A stretch of 64,000 nucleotides of DNA, taken from assembly GCA_051362555.1 (NCBI GenBank), contig CM120642.1, positions 15,996,001-16,060,000 on the forward strand, written 5' to 3'. This DNA is from Lingula anatina. Lineage: Eukaryota; Animalia; Brachiopoda. Positions 25,356-38,366 of this stretch are shown here, piece after piece. The first letter of the stretch is position 1, and each line of letters begins with the position of its first letter. A program made the position numbers and the translations under genes. Below the pieces are notes generated by a model, which did no database searches, had not been told where the DNA came from, and was given only the letters and a program-made list of their open reading frames with translations.

Positions 25356-28300
25356 CTACAACGGCTCCAGGTTAAAAAGTCTACAAAAGAAACCACGATT
25401 TTTTAATCTTCGTGCATAATCTTCTTTATAGGCCAATTTATCATTAAGTTGCTTCATTTTCTTCAAGTACTCTTCTCTTTCTTTTGTCATCTCTTTCCTC
25501 AACTTGGCCATCATTTCATCTCTTTCTTTTTCAGCCTACATTAAAGACAGTTCAAGATGACACCACATTATGAGAGATAGACCCCAATACCATAAACACC
25601 ATCGGTCTCCGCTGATCAATCCAACTCTAAGGGGACTAACTGAATGCAGTCAGTTAAACAGATTTATAAAGACGCCTCCTCCTGGCCTTGAGTGGAATAA
25701 ACAAAAGCTGGTGTTTGAACAAGCATTTTGGAAACAAGAAGAGGTGTGTCATTCAGTTGGACTGATCTACATACTACTAGGCTTCTGGTGTCTGTGGAAA
25801 TGGAGTTTTACTGATAATGTTGGCAACAGGAAAAGGTCATATATGCATTTAAAAAATGCTGGTTATACACATCACTAAAGATTATTAATATACAAACAAA
25901 TCTAAACCCCTAAAACATTAAAATTTTACAAGTTAAACCACATGATAAATTGTTAAAGCACACAATGAGTGGTGTTATTATTTTTAAAACAAAGTTTATA
26001 TTTTCCTAAAAGAAACATACATTACACTTTATCTTCAATCAACATTAGGCCAACAATACATTTGCATGAAGTTTAATTTATTCATGCAAGAAAGTTTAGA
26101 AATACACTATCATATCCAAAGCTGTTCACTGAATTACAATTATGAAGTTAGTGTAACCTGTCTTTAAGTCTTTCGGAGATAAAAATATGTTAAATTTCAA
26201 CAAGAAGGGTAAAATTGGACATGTGAATTCAAGTGTGGGTTACAAAACTGCAATTTGTACAATAATAGTTTCAGATGGAGGGTGGTTTAATAATAAAACA
26301 AATATTGCTGAAAAGGCCAACACGCATTGGATACCTTTAATTAACCCTGTTCCTTTCTTTTGAAATCCAATGGACTCCAAGCATACTTGAATCATTATAG
26401 TGTGACCATTTATGAAGTTTTTATAATGATATTTTTTTGTGGTCCAAATTTTTGCAGAGACTAAAGTATATAAACGTGTTAAGATACCTCATGGTAAATT
26501 ACCACTTCACAGGGTTAATGCCCTGATTTTACTGACAATTCGGCTTCATAGGATAAAATGTGACTTCTCCACATAATTAAGACATTGCCTGCAACTTCAT
26601 GGGATAATGGTGGAAAAAGTGCCTATATGGTTTGCCCTAGGTTTTGAAAGGTAACATTTTTGAAGTATCATGTCTTTGTACTGTAAATATTATTCTACAT
26701 AGGTACACTGTGCTTTCTTAATTATATTAACAAACTTGTATGACTGAATAGGATTTCTTTATTGTCTGCGGTAAAGTCTTCATTTGGGAACCTGCAGCGT
26801 TCGGGGAGGGGGGGGTGTTTATTGTTGTTCAGCAGCCTAATTAACATGGTTGATCTGCGAGGTCAGCAGACTTGTAGGATGCTATCTACATGTACATAGA
26901 ATAAATTGATTAATTGAAAAAGTTAAGTCTCAAAGTAACCTTGTGTCTCAAGTATACTACTTATATGATGCTTCCAAATCACATGAGCACTTAATGTATT
27001 TAATACCCTGTTACTTGGTTTTTAATTTATAATGTGAGAAATGAGAACGTAAATTAGCTAATCCCAACCCAGCCTGGAGAGTCATTCCACAAGAAAGTTG
27101 TAAAGCCACATTTTGCAACCAAAGAAATATGTAAACGCAATTTGAAACTGTAATGCTTGAAGCAACCAATTTCTTTTAAGTAATTGAAACAATTTTGAAT
27201 AAGATATATATATATATATAGAGAGAGAGAGATACAATACAATACAATAAATTTTATTTCATGGCGGGTATAATTGAAAGGAAACATTAGCTTTGCAGCT
27301 ATTCACCGACTAATAGAATTGGGAATGGGATGGGAATCTGGTGTTTGCCCCCATGGTGGGTGATTTATATTTTATACACATCTCATTTTCTGTCATCTCC
27401 CCCTGGAACACAAGAATCGGTTCATAGTTCGATTCCTTGACCTACATTCAAGCACACATCTGTGTCTGTTAGGTGCTGTGTGTGTTGTCCTTCCCATTCT
27501 CAAGGGCCCATTCACATTCACAATGACAGGATTATGAATCCCCATTCAGATTCCAGACTTTCAAATTCTGACCTTACACGTTTTCATTGAGTATATAGGC
27601 CAGGTAACCAACCAAGACATTTTCAAAATATTATTTGTTACATATAGCAATAAAAAGGTTATTTTGAAATATTGTTATTGAAAGTTAAATGTATAACATT
27701 CACATAATAGTTACATAAGAGATACTAGAATAACATAAACACAATGGAGTATAGATGGTTTGTTATTAATTAAATGTGCAATTGATGTTGAGCAACATAA
27801 AAACCTCTCTATACCTAGTAGAGTTCTCTATACCTACAGTGGCAAGAAGTACTGGGAATAAACACATTTCAGTACAGTTATCTCTTGTTTACATTTTGGC
27901 ATTTTCAGGGTGTGAAGCTGAACTTCCCTGGGCTTGAAGATATTGGTACCCGTGGGTAGTCATATTTTCTGAATATCCACGATAACTGTATTTTATTATT
28001 AAAAATTGATGGTCATAATGCTGTTAAGCATTATGTAATATTGCATCAAAATTGAAGAAAACCCTATTTTGGGCACTTACTTTTCTTAAACTTGCAGGAA
28101 AGAAACATAGGACCTAGACTGGGTTCTCATGCCTAGATCGATCCATCTGGATCGATCTAACTCCCTGGGGAGTCTCACTAGACTGCTGTCAACTAACCGA
28201 CTTAAGTGTCTGTCATGCCTACCGAATCAGCTAGGGGGTAAGGATAATTACCCCCTAACAGCTTTACTAGGCGTGATAGACATTTAAGTCGGTCAAGGTG

Positions 28301-31300
28301 ACAGTAATTTAGTGAGACTCCCCAGGGAGATAGATCAATCCAAATATCTATGGGAATAGTCCCTTAAATGCAGCCTGAGTTGGAAAAGCAGTCAAACTTC
28401 CACAGGCATGAAGCGCAGTGGTAATCAAATTTACTAAATGTTCATGTTATTAATAGTAGATGATTAAAATTTGATGGTAATTATACAGTTAATCAATATG
28501 TAATATTTTATCAAAATTGACAAAAAACCTACTTCGTGCGCTGTCACCACAAACATTGTAAAAAGAAAACTATGTAACTGTGTTTCTTATTATTTTTTTA
28601 ACTTACAAGAATGATTCTTAGGATTGACATACAGTTCAAATTTAAAAACAAGCTCTGTTGGATTATTATTTTTTTATTTAATTTATGCGATTTTTTTGTG
28701 AAATTTTATTTTTCTCATTCTGGCATTTTCTAAGTATGAACTTGAACTCTCATGGGCCTGAAGCCTTATATGCTTTTTCTTTCATCAGTACTACCTGTTG
28801 ACAGTGCTGTGCATAATTATGATTTGATGTTGAGTATGCAGTTAAGCATAATGTATTATTGCATCAGAATTGATCTATTTTGTGCATTATTATTATGTTT
28901 TTGTTTTTTTGTTTGTTTGTTTGTTTGTTTTTTTGTCTGTACAATTGATAGTTATGCTGCCTTGTTTAACCGATGAAGTCGCCTTCTATCATGAAGTAGT
29001 AAATGCTTAGCCCACGAATTGGTAACATAATATGAAGTCACTTGATAGAGTGGGAAATGGCCTGTTGTCCAATTCATCCAAGCAGGGATTTATTGCAGAC
29101 CACAACTTACAGTATTTTTTTAATGCGTGGATAGGTTTGACTTTGAACTGAATTATGGCACGTACATTCTTTGACAATTGGAGGTGATCATGTCCTGTTG
29201 TATGATAATATGTTTGGTGGACCAATATAACATCCTTAATTTATCCTGGCTGGTGCCTGTAGTTCCCTTAGGACCAAGACACAGTCACCCACTGTAACTA
29301 TACTGTGTTGTTGATTTAAATGAGAATGCAGAGAAAGGCAAGAACATCTTTGGTTTGTTTGGTCTACTTGTCTACTGGGCATGCATAATTGAGTCTATGG
29401 AAGCCCCTCATTGCCCACCCAAGGTCAAATTCAATGTGCATCTACCGTGTAGTAGTAATAATAGTATGGTAGAGGTATGACTAGGAATGTCACAAAAAGT
29501 ATTTTAGGTGAATTTGTGTAAAGTTCATGCTTTATATACTTTGACCATATTCTATATATTTATCAGTTTTGAGTCCAGTAGACCCTAAAAGACCATTTAT
29601 GTGTTTTCCATAAGGACTGGAATAAATTTAAACATCCCTTTGCATCTGACTAGTTCCAAAGATATTTGAAATCAAACTAATGGAAATATTTTGCAAAAGT
29701 AACACACTTATATATTTAACTAAACAACATCTAATATCTGAGTGGTTACATAATGAGGTGACATAAAATTTTATAGATCAGCCTGAAGATGAAAGCACTT
29801 AGACAAAGTCTATTCAAACTGTATTCTAAGTCCATTACCTTTTGATATTCCTGTTGCATTTCTTTCTTCTCCAAACGTAATTCCTGGATTGTCTGCAACA
29901 GAAAGAAAATATTTGTGAATAAATTCACTTAAAAGAGAATATAGCCAGGGTAAATGCAAGTTTCCGTTTTGAGAGATCAGCATTTATTGTACACTAGATT
30001 TAAAATGTACCATCTAATGGTCACTATACTAGCTACACGGGGAAGCCGTCCATTAGCTGAAAAAAGACTATTAATTTCACTCTTATGATTCAACCAGCTT
30101 TCATCATATAATTTCTGTAGCTAAAATTGTCCAAAGTGAAAATTTTTACTCATCTAAATACATTAAGATGGGCAAAATATAATGCATATGCATTTGCCCC
30201 AGACAATTTGTCAGCAAAAGTAATTGTTTGATTAGGCAGTTTAGTAGTTCCAAAGTTTTTTTGAAGTCAAACTAATGAAAATATTTTACAAAAGTAACAC
30301 ATTTATATATTTAACTAAACAACATCTAATATCTGAGTGGTTACATAATGAGGTGACATAAATGGATCAGCCTAAAGATGAAAGCACTTAGCCAAAGTCT
30401 ATTCAAACTGTATTCTAAGTCCATTACCTTTTGATATTCCTGTTGCATTTCTTTCTTCTCCAAACGTAATTCCTGGATTGTCTGCAACAGAAAGAAAATA
30501 TTTGTGAATAAATTCACTTAAAAGAGAATATAGCCAGGGTAAATGCAAGTTTCCGTTTTGAGAGATCAGCATTTATTGTACACTAGATTTAAAATGTACC
30601 ATCTAATGGTCACTATACTAGCTACACGGGGAAGCCGTCCATTAGCTGAAAAAAGACTATTAATTTCACTCTTATGATTCAACCAGCTTTCATCATATAA
30701 TTTCTGTAGCTAAAATTGTCCAAAGTGAAAATTTTTACTCATCTAAATACATTAAGATGGGCAAAATATAATGCATATGCATTTGCCCCAGACAATTTGT
30801 CAGCAAAAGTAATTGTTTGATTAGGCAGTTTAGTAGTTCCAAAGTTTTTTGAAGTCAAACTAATGAAAATATTTTACAAAAGTAACACATTTATATATTT
30901 AACTAAACAACATCTAATATCTGAGTGGTTACATAATGAGGTGACATAAATGGATCAGCCTAAAGATGAAAGCACTTAGCCAAAGTCTATTCAAACTGTA
31001 TTCTAAGTCCATTACCTTTTGATATTCCTGTAGCATTTCTCGCTGCTGTGCTAGGCTCTGACTTAATAATCCTATGATATCCTGCAACAGAAAAAAATGT
31101 TTGAAAATAATTTCACAGCGGAGTATAGACAGGGTAAATGCCAGTTTCTATTTTTAGAGAAACAACACTTAATCTGTAAACTAGAGGTATATGTTAGATT
31201 TGAAACATACCACCGTTTAAACACTAGTAGTACACGCGAAAGCAGTCGATTAGCAGAAAAAGGTGACCGTTGTGTATGACCAGATCCAATGCTATACGCA

Positions 31301-34300
31301 GGCTACCCCTGACCAGTATTGAAAATGTGAGGCTCAGGCTCAAACAAAGTGCTAATGTACCTACAGTATTTTGTTTCACCAAGAAAAATAAATGTAGTCA
31401 ATCTAGAGAGGAAGAAAATGGCAACAGTGTTGGTGACACAGTAATAAAGGAAGAAAGAGTGGAGGTGCTTTTGTCAAAAAAGACAAAGGTTGGAGGTACA
31501 GTAATTCTTCGATCTTTACGCAACTGTAGCCGTCGCCGATAAGAATCTTTGCGCTTATATTGTCAATTGGATGTTTTCGCGAGTCGTACAACTCTGATTC
31601 GTGCGGGATTTGTGAAAGCTGATTAATTATAACTTCTGAATTAACTTGAAACTGCACAGGTAGTATTTGAATTCGACAGTGATGGTATGGTGGGTCGTTT
31701 TTGAAAGTCAAATTAAACATTTGAAATAGATAGGAACGCCCACAGACTTGAGAAAATTGTTCACATTGTTCCCCTAAAAAGATAAAAGAGATTAATCAAA
31801 AGCTCTATATGTAGAAAAATGCAAATTTTTACCTGATATTTTCGTTTATACAATAATTATACAGAATTAGTAATCAATAATAATTTGTTTTCAATTAATA
31901 AATGATTATTTTTCCTTTTCTTGGAACATTTTTGAAGTTTTCTTTGCAGGTAGTTAAGGCAATTTGTTTTAGTTGTTTTGGTGAATTTTTAAAGTAAGCT
32001 TTGCAAGCAAAACCTCTTCAACAACCACACTCACATAACTAACTGTTGATCTTTTGTTTCCATATAAATTGATAATATTCTTTATGTAAAGCAAATGTGA
32101 AGCAAATTTCGCCAGCCTGTTAAAAGGTACTTCAACATTCGTGAATTTCTAGATCGTCAGATCGCCAGCACTGGCTGCAGACGCAGTATGCAACAAAAAG
32201 ACATTAAAATTGTTGTGCAGCGTACCATAAGGACACTATCTTCATGAAAGAACTTTAGCAAACCTTTTACATGTACAATGTAACCTACAACAGTAAGCCA
32301 AAACTTAACCAACACACACAAATGGAAAAACAAAGGTGAATTGATTCATTTTCCCAAAATTGTTCAGAAATATAAAAATGGATTATGAACTAGAACAGAA
32401 ATTAACGATTAGGTTGAGCCTTCTAACGCAGAGATTTGAATCTTACATTACAATTTACATCAGACAATACTAGTATATACATGACACATGAAAGAGGAAA
32501 TTGCAAAACAAAGTGTAAGAAAAATCCAAGAAAAATTTATTCAACACTGGAGAAGAAGAACAACATGAGAAGAACTAAAACGCATTTTATGTACCTCCAA
32601 TTGAACGCTATAGTGCAAAGGACTCTCTTGGGATCTGTTTGGAACATTCCCAACATTTTCGTTGCTCTGGTGCATTGCAGCAGGCTGTTCTCCTAGAAAG
32701 TGTAGCAATTTCAACATTTTTTAAATAAAGTAAATAATCCAATATACCTTTTCTACGGACACCAATAAATAACATACAAACCATGGTAGTACAATGTAGC
32801 CTCCATGTATGCTAACCATAAATAAATGATTATTATCATAAACACAATCCTATGTTTAGGGGTCAATGTTATTCCCTACCAAGGTTCTTTTTAAAATATT
32901 GCTTGCCACTGACGCGTGGTTAGTCCTGTTGGAGCAAGCGTAGGGTTGGGTGCTGATGCATGAATGGCAGAATAACCATGAGTTCTATAGAGTCTGTAAA
33001 TAGGCACTCATGCCAGCTTATGCCCGCCCAAAGCACTGTGCTTTTTTCTTTTTTTTTAGTGGGGGGGGGGGGGGGGGGGTAGTCATCACATGAAAAGTGT
33101 TAACTTCTAGTAATGCCGATGTGTGGTAGCCCAAGAAGCAATAGTAATCAAATTTTCAAATATTTTCGCAGAGGCACCCCCAACCCTCGCAAATATTGCC
33201 AAGAAATGAAAGGACAAGCATTATTTGAAATATGAGATTTTTAAGTGTGTCGAAAAAATTTTTGTAACCTACCTTAACACATATTATTTAACTTTATCTA
33301 TAGACAGTATACAACCCCTCTCTCCCACCTTGCAAATGAAAAAAAATACGATTTTGGAGTGGGGTAAGTCTATTTTGTCACCTTTTTGTCCGACTGGGTA
33401 AGACAGCTTTAAAATACTTTATGTTAAATCCTGTTACAAACATACATATCTGCAAAAAAAAAAAAAAAAAAAAAAAAAAATCGGACCGCCAAGTTCCCAA
33501 TTCGGACTACCACACTCAGCAGCTACTTTTTTGGTACGCGTCGTAAGATTTCTTGAGGTTGCTATAGCCTCGCTGCCGGAAGCACAGCCGTTTCTATTTT
33601 CTAGAAAGGCCAAGTTAAAAGAAGTTGGTGAACTTATTCTGGAGTATATACAAATGAAAGAAAAGAAAATATCATTTGTACCTCGGTTAGGCATTGTTTC
33701 ATTTATCAACGAAAATGCTGAAAGGTCAATGCAAATAAAATTGTCTGATACTAATACATACGTAAATTTCTAATTTCTGAGCAGGTTTCATTTATGCACT
33801 CATTTAGTCTGTAAAGACCAATCGCAGCAAATTTTCTCTTCAATATTTCATAATTTCCATATTTTAATTCCTGACGGTCAAAGAGGCGATTAAAAAGGTC
33901 ACAAATGTCATTCATTTTGTCCAGTTCGCCTGATCCGAAGTGACCACGAAACATTTGTTTGACGTCTTTAAATTCTTTTTCTGTTATTTCATCCCTCAAC
34001 CTTATTCCAAGTCTGTTGTGCGCATCTAAAAACGAAATGACACGCAGTTTATGGACTATATTACATAAAATGCCACAAACTGTCTAATATCGGGTGCCTA
34101 ATATCACCAAAGGTTATTAGCTACCAAATACATGTTTTTTAACAATCATAACCTAAGCCTTAATATAAGTATTTTGGAGCTTTTAAAGTGCACACTTACC
34201 ATGGATGTTGGATGGTTCACTTTCTGTTGCACCCTGAAATACATAATATGTTCAAGACCATAAACTTTCATCTTATGCCCTTCGTTTGGTGTGCATATGC

Positions 34301-35006
34301 ACAGGTAGATCCAGATTTTTAATTTGATGAGTAGAACACAAGGATAAAATCACATGTACCAGCAGATTTACTACGAAATACAGGGATCAAAGACAAAAAC
34401 TTGCACAGGTAATTTCTTGCTTTAGGCACGTCTCGTTTCACCAGTTATACTTTTTTGATGAGGGTGAAGGGGCATAAGGAACATTAATTCAAAGCTAAAA
34501 GAGGTGCACATTAACGCTGCCCCCTTGGGATATGCAAAGGAGAAAACAGTGAGTGAATTTAAATTGTCTATATACATCTGTATACTAATTAAAAACTCAC
34601 CCACGCCAACTTGCTGGGGCATTCTGTTGTACCAACCATAATCCCGTGTAAATTATGTAAATCTTGCTAGCTGCACCAATCTGTCTGCGAGAATAATACA
34701 TTTTCTATAAAAACAAACATTGACCACATCTTCTGTAGCCTTTAAAGCTCTTCCATGAAAAAAATATAACTGTGTGTTTTTTAAACCAAACTTACTTTCT
34801 TAACAACATATTTTAATTAAAATCCCACTATAAAAATACATGTACTTGATCTAATTTTGCACTAATCTGCATAAAGAATAGATAAATGATTTCATAAATC
34901 AATTATGAATGTAGAATGTAATTTAACAAGCATTCTGTAGAGTTCTAGCTTGTGGCGATTAAAAAAACGTATTTAAATACAATTTTAAACTCACTGACCC
35001 CTCCAT
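25356..35006 (-). CDS. Uncharacterised DED-containing coiled-coil protein (~253 aa)
   Basis: Phase-consistent GT-AG exons: 34995-35006 (MEGS, tentative start), 34200-34233, 33762-34025 (HNRLGIRLRDEITEKEFKDVKQMFRGHFGSGELDKMNDICDLFNRLFDRQELKYGNYEILKRKFAAIGLYRLNECI, DED-like), 32595-32692, 31016-31081, 30428-30481, 29839-29892 and 25356-25535 (AEKERDEMMAKLRKE...LKNRGFFCRLFNLEPL*). Total 762 nt with no internal stop. AATAAA on the minus strand at 25250-25255. Confidence 0.7.
26345..26514. mobile_element. Possible piggyBac-type MITE
   Basis: TTAA|CCCTGT ... ACAGGG|TTAA; only a short TIR match. Confidence 0.35.
27875..27988. mobile_element. Small Tc1/mariner-type MITE
   Basis: TA|CAGTTATC ... GATAACTG|TA. 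Confidence 0.5.
27995..28960 (-). repeat. Dispersed ~1-kb repeat, copy 2 (interrupted by a MITE)
   Basis: Inverted homolog of 5540-6720. Confidence 0.65.
28117..28361 (+). mobile_element. ~240-bp palindromic MITE, copy 1
   Basis: Internal inverted symmetry (CCCTGGGGAGTCTCACTA / TAGTGAGACTCCCCAGGG); homologous to 49147-49376; inserted within an older repeat. Confidence 0.7.
29650..31260. repeat. Tandem ~589-bp exon-containing duplication (about 2.7 units)
   Basis: Near-identical units with period 589/588 bp (exon ends at 29839, 30428 and 31016). Confidence 0.92.
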
Positions 35007-35809
35007 GAGGGCAATTAAAATATGCATACATGTATGTATATTCATTGAAGGGATTCCATTGACAGGGCACCTCCTAAAAGAGATGCGAGTGGTGGGGACA
35101 AAGGACATAAAGAGAACGAAATCTCAACTGAAGGCTAAAAGCCCTTATGGAATGTTGTGCCTGTGTAATAAACCAACCTGTTCCACTATAATGAGATGGC
35201 TACAATGGGAATTTTATATGTGGCTGAGGCTGTCATAGCTTACGTCCTTCATAACTTTTGTCAAAAGTAACGGTTGCCTGAGGCACAATGTTTAGTAGTT
35301 CAAGGACTGTGTCAGCATGATATTGCGTTTGTGTATCATAAAGACCTACTAGCATGTCTCTGTTTTCTCTTTTTAATGGTCATTTATGTTATAAATTGAA
35401 GTCAAATGCAAATAAATAAACTTTTGACATTTCATGTGCAGTTGCTATTACTCCATTAATCTTATTTTTTTCATGTAACTTTAACCCAGAGGAAAATGGC
35501 ATTTTATTCGTTTTTAATTTTTTTAAAAAAAGAATATCAAGTTTTAAGAGTAATTGCAGGGAATATCTTGATTTCTTGTTCATACGGAATAAAAAAAGTT
35601 AAAATATATGATTTTATTTTCATTTTAAATTTAAAATAAAAAGTCTTGCTTTAAAAAAATGTCCCGTTTTACCTGCATATGTACCCGCCGTCCTATAGAT
35701 GTGACGCGCATTATTTTGACGAACATATTTAAAGCACTGTTTGTATCAAAACTAACGTTTGGTTTACATATCTTCAGCCTATACCCAACCAAAAAATTAT
35801 CATTGCAAT

Positions 35810-36432
35810 AAAAAGAGATAATCTTTGTAATGCTTGCTGTACCTTAAATCTGTCTATATGTGTACATGATGTCCACTCAAACTGACACACCACTATTTTC
35901 TTTGTAAAATGCAATAATAAATGAAGGTAAAATGCACTGATATCCGTAACTGATCTGGTTCCTTTCCCGGTGTCAGCGCTGGCTGCATTAGGAACTAATT
36001 AAATTTTTTCTCAAACTAACTCAGAATGGTATCTCTTGAAAAGACGGACAAAACTTATGTTTTGCCACGTGAATGAATTGCAATACATACTGCACCATCA
36101 GAGACTACAACCGACGTGGTGCTGCCAATCTAAGGCAGGAGTTACCCTAAAACGTACCCTTCTGAAGGGAGCAATTTCATTAAAAGACGCAGGGGATTTT
36201 ATTTTGCAACAGGAAAGCCCAATACCGAGCCACGTGATTGTTGCCAAAATATGCATTCTAAAATATCCATCCCAGGAGTATCAAACGTTCCCCTGTTTTG
36301 TCTGCATCTAATTTAAAATCAAACAATTTTGCACTATTTGTTCTCGCTGATCGTTAAAGTTTTTTAAAGCGCCAAATTTTCCCTTAAAAAGAATACAGCT
36401 TAAAAGAATACAGCTGAAACTTAAGTGAAACT
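35810..36432. promoter_or_regulatory. Promoter/first-exon-like module upstream of the DED gene, copy A
   Basis: Homologous to 41725-42500 and 42745-43610. Carries GGGGATTTT (36192), GGAAAGCCC (36212), CACGTG (36231) and AAGTGAAACT (36423). Confidence 0.45.
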
Positions 36433-37320
36433 AGAAGATCAGAGAGGACATACCGCCTCCTTGTATTGTACCACCAGCTGGAGTAAGCGCATTCGTATGG
36501 AAAACGGAAAAAAGGGAAGACACGTCCAGTGTTGTACTTGACAAGCTCTACAAAATGCAGTAAACAGGAGTTCTCAATTTATAACTAAATCATGGGGAGA
36601 AGTAAAAGGTCAAATATAAATTTGTGAAATGAAGTTCATGGCGAAAAGCAGATCAAAATTCAAATTCAAGGTCACAGGAAGACTATCAATATATGACTTC
36701 CTGTTCAAGTTCAGTAATATCTATGGGTATATCTTTGCCAGTTTTGGAGATATAAAGGAAGAAAATTTTAAAGGTGCAGTTTATGGTGAAAAGTAGGTCA
36801 AAGGGCAAATTCAAGGTCATAGTAAGATTGCCAGTATACGGCTTCCTATTCAAGTTTAATAGTAACCGTGGGCATATTATCTCTGCCGGTTTTGGAGATA
36901 TAAGGGACAGAAACTCGGTTCATTGTGAAAAAGAGATAAAAGGTCAACTTCAAGGTCACTATTAGATTGCCAATATATAGCTTTCTTTTCAAGTTCAGTA
37001 GTACCTATGGGCGTATCTCTTACAATTTTGGAGATTTAGGTCCATGGTCAAAAGTACAGGTAGGTCAAAGGTCAATTTTAAGGTCACAGTCACATTGCAC
37101 TATATGACTTCCTATTCAAGTTCAACAGTAACTGTGGGCGTCTTTCTTCCTGTTTTGGAGATATAAGGGATGAAAAAGGTGCAAAGTTCAGTTTATGGTG
37201 AAAAGTAGACCAAAGGTCAATTTCAAGGTCACTGTTAGATTGCCACTATTCAAGTTCAATATTAACTATGGGCCTATCTCCGTTAATTTTTGAAATTTCA
37301 CAATTTATTGTCACCACTGA
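36431..37320. repeat. Repeat element with ~130-170-bp internal tandem units rich in AAGGTCA (possibly Helitron/Helentron-derived)
   Basis: About five units of AAGGTCAC...ATTGCC..TATATGACTTCCTATTCAAGTTCA.TAGTAACTATGGG..TTTTGGAGATA between 36600 and 37290; class assignment is tentative. Confidence 0.6.
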
Positions 37321-38061
37321 CTATTGCGATTTTATACTCTTTGATATCGCGCAACTCGTAAATAGTATGGAAAACGAACAACACCTCCAGTGTTGCGCTC
37401 GACAAGGGCATTTTTGAAATCTCGACATATTGTTTTATAGTCAGCTATCTGTAGAATTTTTTTCCCATAATTCCTTCGGTTTGGGAGATATTTAGCATTT
37501 AAATTTGCCACTTTTGGACAAGGGTACATTTCGATGAGCCCCACACCTAGACCCATGCACCAACGAAGCCCAAAATTTACGTGGAACGAGATGAGATTAT
37601 GTGTTATATAAATCCAAGATATGGGCACACAGGCCCTTGTAGTCTAGGAAGAGAAGCGGTAACGGTGAAATGGTAGCGTGATGTTGTCTTTTGACAGGAG
37701 AGTGCCTTCACATTAATGAAAGTGATTGCTCTCAGGGTATCTTGAAGCATGCGTATGCCCAGACATATCTTCCGTGGAAGAAAACGTGGTTGAGGTAAAA
37801 CTCGAAAAAGAAAAAAGAATGGGAAATGCTGTAATAAAATGGCTCGTAATCCTTATTTGTAATTCACGAAATAAAGTGTTGTGTGCTTTGAGAATTTGTT
37901 TCTAAAGGGTATTTCAACTAAAATATTAAATAATTTGAAAGATTTATGTACGCAACACTTGTTGCAATTTTGTAAGTTTGTCAAACCCAAAAACATATAG
38001 CAGAACAAGATAAAAAAAAGTATTGTTTGCTATTAGTAGCATGTTGAAAAATCAAACTTTA

Positions 38062-38288
38062 AGCCTCGGTCACAACCGGACGCACGAATCTGAGGATCGT
38101 ACGTCCGCTGCGATTTTTGGGTGTTGCGGAGGCCGTGGAGGTCGTAGAGGTAGAGGAAGGTACGTGCTTACGGGTGGTCTGCAAACTCGAAATTTCTTAA
38201 GAAGGACTTGCGTGGGAAGTGAGATTCTGCGCAAAATTTTGTCGCAAACAGCCCGTAAGAGCCCGTACGGCCGGTTGTGACCGAGGCT
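38062..38288. mobile_element. PIF/Harbinger-like MITE
   Basis: 25-bp TIR AGCCTCGGTCACAACCGG(A/C)CG(C/T)ACG with TTA target duplication. Confidence 0.8.
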
Positions 38289-38366
38289 TTAATGTGTCCA
38301 CTAAATATGCAGTATTTGATACGTACGTTAGTATATTTTAAATTATGCATGGAGACATGGTAAGGG

